This document shows, in pieces, positions 48,373 through 55,986 of a stretch of 64,000 bases of DNA; position 1 is the stretch's first letter, and each line of letters starts with the position of its first letter. The stretch is from positions 1-64,000 of IMG/VR virus record IMGVR_UViG_3300018432_000001; one strand, given 5' to 3'. The position numbers and the translations under genes are program-made. A model generated the notes under the pieces. The model worked only from the letters and a program-made list of their open reading frames with translations. It searched no databases and had not been told where the DNA came from. Source of the stretch: a virus.

Positions 48373-48723
48373 CGCCTTCGACGCCCGCTCCTGCCGCTCC
48401 TTCACCGCCTCGGCATCCCGGCGTCCCTCGGTCTCGGCCTCACTGTCGAACCGGCCCGAGGCGTGAAGGTATTCGAGCACCGCTCGCGTGTCCGGATCGG
48501 ACAGGTCGACGCCGAACACGGCCGCGACCCCGCCCAGATAGGACAGGGCCGACGCCGCACCCGGACCCCCGAGCCAGAGCCGCCCGCGAAACCCGCCGTG
48601 GTTCGGGATGTAGTGCTTGCCCTTCCCGTCGCCGGGATTGTTGATCTGCAACCAGTCCCGGTTGCCGGTCGCCTCGCATACCGGCAACAGCACCTGGTGC
48701 ACTCTCGCTGATGTCAACCGCAT
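48370..48723 (-). CDS. hypothetical protein
   Basis: GAGG RBS. Confidence 0.6.
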   Translation of the reverse strand: MRLTSARVHQVLLPVCEATGNRDWLQINNPGDGKGKHYIPNHGGFRGRLWLGGPGAASALSYLGGVAAVFGVDLSDPDTRAVLEYLHASGRFDSEAETEGRRDAEAVKERQERASKA

Positions 48724-48740
48724 CGCTCACCTCATGTTCT

Positions 48741-48959
48741 CTACTTGCTGGTGACGCCGTACTCGGCGATCTCCTCGGGACGCAGCCCCGCGAGCCACGC
48801 ATCGCACTCGGCCTCGAACGCGTCCTGTTCGAACGGAATCGTGGCGTGCCCGACGCCGTCAGTGGTGGTCCAGACGTTGTTGGTGGCGACGGCGTACTCG
48901 CCGCCCTCCCACGTGAAGGTCACTCCCCGACACGAGTACGACAGTTCCTCGTCTCCCAT
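48741..48959 (-). CDS. small acidic protein
   Basis: AGGAGG RBS. Confidence 0.6.
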   Translation of the reverse strand: MGDEELSYSCRGVTFTWEGGEYAVATNNVWTTTDGVGHATIPFEQDAFEAECDAWLAGLRPEEIAEYGVTSK

Positions 48960-48970
48960 ATGCGTGCCTC

Positions 48971-49486
48971 CTACTCGTCGTCCTCTTCGCTGTCATCGCC
49001 GCTGTCGTCCTCGTAGTAGGACTTCACGGCCGCGAGGATCGCCGCCGCTTCCGCTCGGCCCTTCCACGACCCGGTCCCGTCCCAGATGAAGTAGTGACTC
49101 AGCTCCTCGGGCACCGCGCGGAGCAGCGCGGTCTTTCCCAGCGGCTCGGCGAGCACCCCCAGGGTGTGCACCTCGTTGATGATCGACAGGCCCCACCCGT
49201 TCGCGAACTTGTGGATCTCGTGAGCGCCCTTGTCGTCAACCCACGTGTCGGACGGCTTGAACTCCGCACCCATGCTGGGTCTCCCTTCGGTATAACCGGT
49301 GACCTTCTCGCTCGGCAGGATCTCGCGGATCTTGTCGATGACTAGTTGCTCTCCCTCTTCATGCCCGGATGCCCACCCCTGGTCGAACCCGGCGGCCCAC
49401 TTCTGGTTTCTGACAGTGGCGCCGACCTCGTACCCGTCCACGAACTCGCGCAGGGCATCGAGCATTTCCTGATTCCGGATCTTCAC
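48971..49486 (-). CDS. hypothetical protein with acidic tail
   Basis: GGAAAGG RBS. Confidence 0.6.
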   Translation of the reverse strand: MKIRNQEMLDALREFVDGYEVGATVRNQKWAAGFDQGWASGHEEGEQLVIDKIREILPSEKVTGYTEGRPSMGAEFKPSDTWVDDKGAHEIHKFANGWGLSIINEVHTLGVLAEPLGKTALLRAVPEELSHYFIWDGTGSWKGRAEAAAILAAVKSYYEDDSGDDSEEDDE

Positions 49487-49508
49487 CGGCGCCCTTTCCT
49501 TCCTCCTG

Positions 49509-49685
49509 CTAGTCGACCGCCGTGTGCACGACCGGCTTCCCGTCGAGCTCGGCCAGCGTCACGCTGATACGCGGGTACTTCTTGCGGCCCTTGTACAGCT
49601 CCCGCGCTTTCACGCTCGCCTCATACGAGGACTCGGCCTCGATCTCGTGTCGCTTGCCCTCCACGAACGCGATGTATCCGTTCAC
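49509..49685 (-). CDS. small phage protein
   Basis: NGYIAF..GKR.EI.A.SSYEA...LAE..G..VVHT; RBS after hairpin. Confidence 0.65.
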   Translation of the reverse strand: MNGYIAFVEGKRHEIEAESSYEASVKARELYKGRKKYPRISVTLAELDGKPVVHTAVD

Positions 49686-49699
49686 GCGAACCGTCCTCT

Positions 49700-49763
49700 C
49701 GAATAGACCTTCAGCGGACGCGCCTGCGCCATCGGCGCTGGCGGACCACTGGACACCTACTCG
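49700..49763 (-). repeat. intergenic hairpin element (variant apex)
   Basis: 22 nt identical to 51374-51395. Confidence 0.8.
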
Positions 49764-49906
49764 CGTGCCCGTACCCGGGCTGCGAACTCCCACCACCGCT
49801 GATTGCGGCGCAACCTTTGCGCCGCAACGAGCCGGGCGATATCCGCATCCGAGAGCGGGAGCGCCACCGTGATGCCTTCCATCTCGATCACTTCACCCAC
49901 TGGCAT
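49757..49906 (-). CDS. small hypothetical protein
   Basis: ends at hairpin TAG; start uncertain. Confidence 0.45.
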   Translation of the reverse strand: MPVGEVIEMEGITVALPLSDADIARLVAAQRLRRNQRWWEFAARVRARE

Positions 49907-50441
49907 GCACCGCACCCTCGCGAACCCTCCTTTCGAGCGCGCACAGCACACCACCGACCGCGTCCCGGATGGGCTGGTGCTTGTAGTTGTGCTCCCGCGC
50001 CTGGGCCAGGGACTTACGCCACTCGTTGAGCGCGTCCTGGTAGACCCCGTACGCGAACAACCCGTGCGTGTCCTCTCGGTAGTCCTCACGCTTGGGCGCT
50101 TCCACGGGACCCCGATACGCGAGGTCACGCGCCGACTTCGGGTTGAACCGCCCGGCCGGAGCAACCCGGGTGTACAGGTGCTGGTTCACACCGAGCGTGG
50201 GAACGTCACTGAGGACGTGCCCCCACAGGTACTCGACCGTGACCGGTTTCCCCGGCCAGTACGACGCCATGACGACCGCCCGCTTGCCGTACCCGTGATG
50301 CTTCACGGTGAACGTCGCCTCCCACGTCTTCCGCTCGCGCGGGTTCACGTTGCAGACGTCGCGGTACGACTCATCGAACACCGATTCCTCCACTACCCAA
50401 TCGCCTTGCGACCAGGTATTGAAGTAGTACAAAACGCCCAT
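49893..50441 (-). CDS. hypothetical protein
   Basis: GAGAGG RBS. Confidence 0.6.
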   Translation of the reverse strand: MGVLYYFNTWSQGDWVVEESVFDESYRDVCNVNPRERKTWEATFTVKHHGYGKRAVVMASYWPGKPVTVEYLWGHVLSDVPTLGVNQHLYTRVAPAGRFNPKSARDLAYRGPVEAPKREDYREDTHGLFAYGVYQDALNEWRKSLAQAREHNYKHQPIRDAVGGVLCALERRVREGAVHASG

Positions 50442-50461
50442 GCCGTTGCCTCTCCTCTCGC

Positions 50462-50941
50462 TTAGCTGTGCGCGTACACCACGCCGTCCTCACCCGCGTA
50501 CAGGTGGAACCCGCCGTACGGCTGGCAGTGGGCGGTGAGCCGGTCACCGACCTCACCCATGCCCCGGTCCCAGAACCCGGCGCCCGCCCTGTTGCGGGTG
50601 AGCACGAAATCGTGACCGATCTGCCCGGCCCCGACCGCGACGACATCAACCCACATCGCGTGGCAGAAATCGGCGACCTCCCGCGTGAACTCCACAGCGA
50701 CCGCTGCGTCGATGTCCTCGCGTTGGCACATCGCACTGAGGGACGCGCCCTCTACGTCCGCTGACGAGGACCACAGGGCCGTATCCAGACCCGTCCACGC
50801 CACGTCCGCGACGTAGTCGAAATCCAGATCCCACTGCGAGCACGCCACGCATGCGGCATTGTCGACCTCGCTGGTGTGCTCAGCCCACCACGCGTCGACC
50901 GCCGCATGCACCAGGTCGTAACCCGTTACCGCACCCGTCAC
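50462..50941 (-). CDS. conserved phage protein (GHDFxLTRNxxGAGFWDR)
   Basis: recognisable motif, function unknown. Confidence 0.7.
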   Translation of the reverse strand: MTGAVTGYDLVHAAVDAWWAEHTSEVDNAACVACSQWDLDFDYVADVAWTGLDTALWSSSADVEGASLSAMCQREDIDAAVAVEFTREVADFCHAMWVDVVAVGAGQIGHDFVLTRNRAGAGFWDRGMGEVGDRLTAHCQPYGGFHLYAGEDGVVYAHS

Positions 50942-51360
50942 CGGCCCTCCTCAGTCTTCCGTTCGGGCATCGGGCCGCGCTCATCACTGAACGTCATGAC
51001 CGTGCTGATGCACCGCACGCCCGCGACCTGCCGACTCGTCACCTCGTGACCGAACCCGGGGTAGCGGATGCGCACCCGGAACGGGCTGTCTTGCCCGGGG
51101 TGGTGGTGGATGTACTCGACCACGGCAACGGCGGTGTTCCGCTCCCACTGCCCCAGGTCACGCAGGTACTGGTCCCACGTGATCTCAAGAGGATGACCGG
51201 ACGAGGCGAAATCCACCAGCACCCGAGCATCCTCAATCGGCAAGCCCGTGATCTGGGCGTACTCATGCGCCAGATCCGCCAGCGCAGGCCAACCCAGACG
51301 CTTCGCACCGTCGACCACTCGCGTCCCTTCCCACGTCGCATCCGTGAGCTTTTCCCGCAT
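50938..51360 (-). CDS. hypothetical protein
   Basis: GAGGAGG RBS after hairpin. Confidence 0.6.
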   Translation of the reverse strand: MREKLTDATWEGTRVVDGAKRLGWPALADLAHEYAQITGLPIEDARVLVDFASSGHPLEITWDQYLRDLGQWERNTAVAVVEYIHHHPGQDSPFRVRIRYPGFGHEVTSRQVAGVRCISTVMTFSDERGPMPERKTEEGR

Positions 51361-51376
51361 GCACCCTCCTCTCCTC

Positions 51377-51439
51377 GAATAGACCTTCAGCGGACCCGCC
51401 GCACCCCCGTGCGCTGGCGAACCACTGTGACGCCTACTC
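51377..51439 (-). repeat. intergenic hairpin element
   Basis: core at 51401-51412, CAGTGG/CCGCTG lower stem. Confidence 0.85.
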
Positions 51440-51997
51440 CTCTTCGACCTTGACCGCGTCCTCGTACAGGACCGAGCCCATGCCTTCCTTGCGGTAGTGG
51501 CAGATGGCCTCCAGCACCGTCTCCAGTTCATCGGGCGTCATGTCCGCGTACCCGAACTGGATCACGACCTGCGCATACCCGCGCTCATCGCGGTAGTACG
51601 CCTCCACTGTCGGGTTCGTGACGTCGCCCTCGTAGTAGGCGAACTTGGCCGCCTCGATCAGTTCGTCCTCGTTCTCACCGGCCCACCCCACGAACCCGTT
51701 GAACCGCAGCTCCTCGGCGTTGTCGACCCACTCCATGACCAGACCGGGCGGGCACGGGAACGCCTCGATCATCTCGGTTTTCGCTTTCGTGTCCGGGTGC
51801 TGCTCGTGAGCGATGGCCTTGACCACCGAATCGGGCACGCCCAGCTCGGACAGGACCCGCTCGGCCGTGTCCTCCTCGTCTAGCTCAGCCTCCCCGCGCA
51901 GGTACTCGTCCGCGAGCAGCCGGTACACCAGCTCCGCAGCACTCCGCGCGTTCTGCCGCTGCGGGTCGTTCCCCAACCCGCTCCACACGTCTGCCAT
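51434..51997 (-). CDS. acidic hypothetical protein
   Basis: GAGGAGG RBS. Confidence 0.65.
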   Translation of the reverse strand: MADVWSGLGNDPQRQNARSAAELVYRLLADEYLRGEAELDEEDTAERVLSELGVPDSVVKAIAHEQHPDTKAKTEMIEAFPCPPGLVMEWVDNAEELRFNGFVGWAGENEDELIEAAKFAYYEGDVTNPTVEAYYRDERGYAQVVIQFGYADMTPDELETVLEAICHYRKEGMGSVLYEDAVKVEEE

Positions 51998-52010
51998 CTG
52001 CGCCTCCTCG

Positions 52011-52370
52011 TTAACTTGTCAACAGCTTGTCGGCCTCGTCCAGCGCGACCTCCCACGCCAGCATCTTGATCAGCTCACCGGGCATCGCAGGACGCAACCG
52101 GTGATTCTCGATCACCCCCGAGCACCGCGCCATCGCCTCGGCGTCGTCGTCCGGGGCGAACACCTCGACCTCGAACCGGTACATCCCGCCAGGGGTCACC
52201 CCGCGACGGGTCCCGAACCCGATGTTGTCGGCCGCGAACACCGTCACCGCGCACCACCCGCCGTTAGCGAGCGCGTACTTGCGCGTCTGCGCCCACGCCT
52301 CCCACATCCCGTTGAACTTCTCGTCCCGGGTGGTGCGCCCGATCTCGGCCCCGTCGTGCAACTGGCTCAC
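52011..52370 (-). CDS. hypothetical protein
   Basis: GTGA-coupled. Confidence 0.6.
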   Translation of the reverse strand: MSQLHDGAEIGRTTRDEKFNGMWEAWAQTRKYALANGGWCAVTVFAADNIGFGTRRGVTPGGMYRFEVEVFAPDDDAEAMARCSGVIENHRLRPAMPGELIKMLAWEVALDEADKLLTS

Positions 52371-52855
52371 TCGCTCACCTCCTCGACGCCGACCGCCGCG
52401 AACAGCTCGGACCGCAACCCGGCAGAGACGCCGTCGGGGTGCAAGCTGTACTCGAACCGCTGATTTTGCTCGTACTGGTACTGCTCGTAGGCGTACACCC
52501 ACACGGTTCCCAGCGGCTGCGACTCCCAGCCGGGAGACGTGGACGCCTCCCAGAGAGAATCCGGGTACACGTTCCAACCCTTGAGCGCGTCCCCGAGAGC
52601 GACCGCAAGCGTGTCGCACACGCAGCACCCGTCCTTTTCGGAGCCGCACTCGCAGTCCTTCTCGACCAGTTCCCAGACGACCGCGAGCGTGCCCAGCTTC
52701 TCGGGCTCGTCCGCGTCCTCTTCCCAGCGGGCGAACTCGGTCCGGTACATGCGCACCACGGGCAGCCCGGTCTCACCCGCGCGGATCTCGCGGTGCTCCT
52801 CGGGCGTGATCTTGTCGAACTCCTCATCAACCCGGAGCTCTTTCAACTCCCACAT
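52367..52855 (-). CDS. acidic Cys-cluster protein
   Basis: GAGGAGG RBS; CECG...CCVC. Confidence 0.65.
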   Translation of the reverse strand: MWELKELRVDEEFDKITPEEHREIRAGETGLPVVRMYRTEFARWEEDADEPEKLGTLAVVWELVEKDCECGSEKDGCCVCDTLAVALGDALKGWNVYPDSLWEASTSPGWESQPLGTVWVYAYEQYQYEQNQRFEYSLHPDGVSAGLRSELFAAVGVEEVSE

Positions 52856-52877
52856 GTGAGACCTCCTCTCAAATCAG

Positions 52878-52945
52878 TAGTGTCCTAGAAGGTTGTGACA
52901 ACCCGCCCCCACCCCCGTGGGAGACGGGCTCTCGGAACCCGCTAC
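52878..52945 (-). repeat. intergenic hairpin element with compensatory apex
   Basis: CCAC-GGGG-GTGG instead of GCAC-GGGG-GTGC. Confidence 0.8.
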
Positions 52946-53070
52946 AACCAGCAGTGACCCGCCTTCCGGAACCACCGCGTATGACGCCACAGACCCCAAC
53001 CCGTCCGCGCCCGGAACCGCACCAGCCACCCGCCGCACTGCTTGCAGCGGCGCCGCTCCCACCGCTTCAC
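52942..53070 (-). CDS. 42-aa Arg/Trp-rich peptide with CxxC
   Basis: Not in track; MKRWERRRCKQCGGWLVRFRARTGWGLWRHTRWFRKAGHCWL; GTGA-coupled, ends at hairpin. Confidence 0.55.
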   Translation of the reverse strand: MKRWERRRCKQCGGWLVRFRARTGWGLWRHTRWFRKAGHCWL

Positions 53071-53333
53071 GACCCGGCCCCCGCTCTCGGCAGCTCCACC
53101 AGGTACTCGGTCAACTGCCCATACCCGCTGTTGTACGTCGTGTCACGGGAAGTCCCGAACACCCGGACCATGACCAGCTTCCCGGCCCCGACCACCGCGC
53201 CAGCCTCCACCAGCACCTCACGCCACGGCCGCTCCTGGCCCTCCTCCTCGTCGCCGGACTCGCCCCGGTAGATCACCCGACCCACCAGCGAACCCCGGTC
53301 ACGGTGCAACCGCACCAACTCCCGACCCATCAC
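53067..53333 (-). CDS. hypothetical protein
   Basis: GAGGAGG RBS after hairpin. Confidence 0.55.
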   Translation of the reverse strand: MMGRELVRLHRDRGSLVGRVIYRGESGDEEEGQERPWREVLVEAGAVVGAGKLVMVRVFGTSRDTTYNSGYGQLTEYLVELPRAGAGS

Positions 53334-53347
53334 GGACCTCCTCTCAC

Positions 53348-53414
53348 GTTGGGAACCTTGCGGCAACCCGGCACGCACCCCCGTGCGCCTGCCGGGCACC
53401 GTAAAGCGCCCTAC
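53348..53414 (-). repeat. intergenic hairpin element
   Basis: core at 53375-53386. Confidence 0.85.
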
Positions 53415-53457
53415 TTGCGGACCCGCGCACCTTCGTACGCAGGGTTAACGACCCGCT

Positions 53458-54018
53458 CTAGAGCCCCTGCCGCTGCGCCTGATCGGTGAAATTCCACTCG
53501 TATTCCTCGTGTGTGAGGTCCGACGTGGGGTAGCCCTCGCTACTCAGGGCGTCGCACAGCGCAGCGGCGTCCTCGTACGCCAGGCCGTCCGCCTGCCCCC
53601 AGTCGACGCAGTCCATGGTCGCGGTCTCGTCCACGGGGGGCAGGTCGTCCTCTTCGGGAGACACGTACTCCGGTTCCTCCCTCGGTTCCTCGGGAGACAC
53701 GTACTCCGGAGCGCTTGCGTCCCCTTCGGGGGTCGCGTCGCCTGCGGGCACGGGGCCGTCCACCGTGGCGGGCGCGTCGTCCACCGCGACGGTGGTATCC
53801 ACCTTGACGGGTTCAGGCACTGTCACCGCCTCGGGCGTGGGCACGGGCATCCTCTCCGGCACGGCACCCAGGGCATCCCGGTCGCCGCGCTCCGGTGCGG
53901 GGGCCACCGCCGTGTCCGCCACGGCCACCGCGTCAGGCGCGACCTCCGTTCCAGCACACCCGGCCAGAACCGCGAACGCGGCAAAGGTGAGGCACACCCC
54001 CATAAGTCGATTACGCAT
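53458..54018 (-). CDS. acidic Pro/Ala-rich lipoprotein
   Basis: LAGC lipobox; duplicated PEYVSPEE. Confidence 0.7.
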   Translation of the reverse strand: MRNRLMGVCLTFAAFAVLAGCAGTEVAPDAVAVADTAVAPAPERGDRDALGAVPERMPVPTPEAVTVPEPVKVDTTVAVDDAPATVDGPVPAGDATPEGDASAPEYVSPEEPREEPEYVSPEEDDLPPVDETATMDCVDWGQADGLAYEDAAALCDALSSEGYPTSDLTHEEYEWNFTDQAQRQGL

Positions 54019-54034
54019 CGTATGTCCTTTCTTG

Positions 54035-54095
54035 GTTGGAAACCTGACGGAAACCCGCCCCCACGCCAAGGACGGGCTCCCGTCAAACGTCCAAC
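54035..54095 (-). repeat. intergenic hairpin element (variant apex)
   Basis: TTGGA..TGACGG.AGCCCGTCC/GGGCGGGTT.CCGTCA..TCCAA then RBS. Confidence 0.7.
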
Positions 54096-54151
54096 GATCA
54101 GGCGCGTCGCGGGCCGCCCCCGAAGGGACGAGACGGACTCACACCTGGCTC

Positions 54152-54508
54152 TCAACCCAGGAGCACCGCACCCGCAGTCGCCCGCGTCGTCGGCACATGC
54201 CGACCCCACCGCAACCGCACCGTGTGGTCCTCGCGCCCGTACTCGGCGAGCACCACCGGCTCCAACTCCTTCGGGCACCCGCGCTTGAACATCGGCGCGA
54301 CCGCGCGCACCGGGTCATCGGCGAACTCGCCCCACGGCAGCGTCAACCCACCCTGCAACGGATTCACCGCCCCGAACGCGAACGCCTCGCACTCCCCGTC
54401 CGGAGCCGCAACCCGGTCCTCCTCGCGCAACTGCTCGAACAGCCACCGCACGAACTTCGCGTTCGTCTGCGCCTCCACCTGAACCTCAACCCGACCCACA
54501 CCAACCAC
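54152..54508 (-). CDS. hypothetical protein
   Basis: GGAGG RBS. Confidence 0.55.
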   Translation of the reverse strand: MVGVGRVEVQVEAQTNAKFVRWLFEQLREEDRVAAPDGECEAFAFGAVNPLQGGLTLPWGEFADDPVRAVAPMFKRGCPKELEPVVLAEYGREDHTVRLRWGRHVPTTRATAGAVLLG

Positions 54509-54523
54509 GAGCCAACCTCCCTC

Positions 54524-54946
54524 TTACAGCTTCTCGATACGAACCGGAACCGACCCGAAGTCGCGCACGAAATGCTCGCTCCACGCCAGCTCCATCACGC
54601 CCTTGAACGAGTCCTCCTCGGGCCGGTGCGAGGACACACCCCACTTCGGGTGCGTCACCTCCAACGACCAGCCCTGATAGGACAACTCGCCCCGTGAGGA
54701 CATCACCGCGTTCACGACGATCTCCACACCCAGATCCGGCGCAGCCGTCTGCACGAACGCGGCCCGCTTCCGACCCGTGAACGCGCCCTCAGGCTTCGCG
54801 TTCCCCTGCTTGTCCTTCGGAGTCGTCTCCTCCAGAACATCCGCGACCACCCGCGCGAGCTCCTTACGGGACCCGTGCGGCATGACCACCGACGCCAGCG
54901 CACCCGCGATCGTCTTCACATGCGACGTCGTCAACCGATGCACCAT
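54524..54946 (-). CDS. hypothetical protein
   Basis: GGAGG RBS. Confidence 0.65.
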   Translation of the reverse strand: MVHRLTTSHVKTIAGALASVVMPHGSRKELARVVADVLEETTPKDKQGNAKPEGAFTGRKRAAFVQTAAPDLGVEIVVNAVMSSRGELSYQGWSLEVTHPKWGVSSHRPEEDSFKGVMELAWSEHFVRDFGSVPVRIEKL

Positions 54947-54949
54947 TCG

Positions 54950-55162
54950 CTACACCTCCTCACAATGAACAGACGAGTACACCTCGCCAGAGCGCGCGAT
55001 CTCGGCCGCTTCCACGAACAGCGTCGCGTTGAAACGCGGGTTGTCCGCAATGAACACCTCGATCATTGCCGCCAGCAGGTCATAGAACACCTTGTCGGGC
55101 ATCTCCACACCCGCCACCAACGCAGCGAACTGCTCATAGGTCGTCTTGCTCATACGCGGCAT
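54950..55162 (-). CDS. small phage protein (DNPRF motif)
   Basis: GAGGAG RBS; FIADNPRFNATLF. Confidence 0.65.
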   Translation of the reverse strand: MPRMSKTTYEQFAALVAGVEMPDKVFYDLLAAMIEVFIADNPRFNATLFVEAAEIARSGEVYSSVHCEEV

Positions 55163-55176
55163 GACAACTCCTCTCC

Positions 55177-55234
55177 TCGTGAAAACACTCAGGCCCCACC
55201 CGGAAACCCGGATGAGGCCTAAGCAGGTTCACGA
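55177..55234 (-). repeat. intergenic hairpin element (variant apex)
   Basis: TCGTGAA..AGGCCTCA/GGGGCCT..TTCACGA then GAGGAG. Confidence 0.65.
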
Positions 55235-55251
55235 CCTGCGCCGAACCAACC

Positions 55252-55437
55252 TCACACCTCCTCGCACACCACCTCAGACCAGCCCGGCCGCAACCCCACC
55301 GACGGCACGAACGGCTCCTCCATGCGCTGCCCCCACTGGACCAGCACCCGGAACCGCTCACCCTCCGCGTGGATCGCATAGACCCGCAACCGACCCACCC
55401 GAACCGCGCTAATCGACTTGCCCCGGAAAAACTCCAT
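55252..55437 (-). CDS. small hypothetical protein
   Basis: AAAGGG RBS. Confidence 0.55.
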   Translation of the reverse strand: MEFFRGKSISAVRVGRLRVYAIHAEGERFRVLVQWGQRMEEPFVPSVGLRPGWSEVVCEEV

Positions 55438-55940
55438 GACCTGCCCTTTCACCGAACTAGTTGAAACTTCAATGACTGAAAACCCGGGGAAACACCCCGA
55501 ACCCAGGCACGCCAAGCGCCCCGGCCACCCGAAGACGGCCGGGGCACCTCACCCGGTTGAACAAACTTCACGACTCGGGAGAATGCCGCTCCCGACCAGC
55601 ATCAACTTTGAAATTAGTATGAAATTAGCTCGAACCTACAGAAACGGCCCGTTCAGTGACGTGATTGCCGCTCGCCCACCAGACACCCGCTTATCCGGGG
55701 TGGGGCCGCGCCCGCTCTATTCCACCTACTAGCGACCTGCCCTCTGAGGACAACTCACGCCCACCGATACCTCAACCCGCAAGGGGAGGCACCCGATGCG
55801 CATGAAAAATACTCAGAGACCCGGACCCATGACCCGCAACCCGCTAGACAATGTCCAGATTGTCCCGAATTTTATATTTCACGTGCGGCCCGTTCATGTT
55901 GCGAGCGTGAGCAGGGCGTGCGTTTTGTCCGTTTTGGGGA

Positions 55941-55970
55941 CACGAAAAAAGGCCGCCCGTGGGCAGCCTG
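55941..55970 (-). terminator. intrinsic terminator
   Basis: AGGCTGCCC-AC-GGGCGGCC followed by TTTTTT on minus strand after 55987 gene. Confidence 0.75.
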
Positions 55971-55986
55971 ATTTCGTTGGTTTCGT

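Noticed and set aside
43221-55234. CRISPR array or canonical integron attC array
   Set aside because: Repeats are separated by whole genes and are divergent; there are no cas genes, no consistent RYYYAAC/GTTRRRY boxes and no integron integrase in the window.
43221-55234. Hairpins as plain intrinsic terminators
   Set aside because: No U-tracts, and the next gene's RBS follows at once with no room for a promoter. Not fully excluded, since actinobacterial terminators can lack U-tails.
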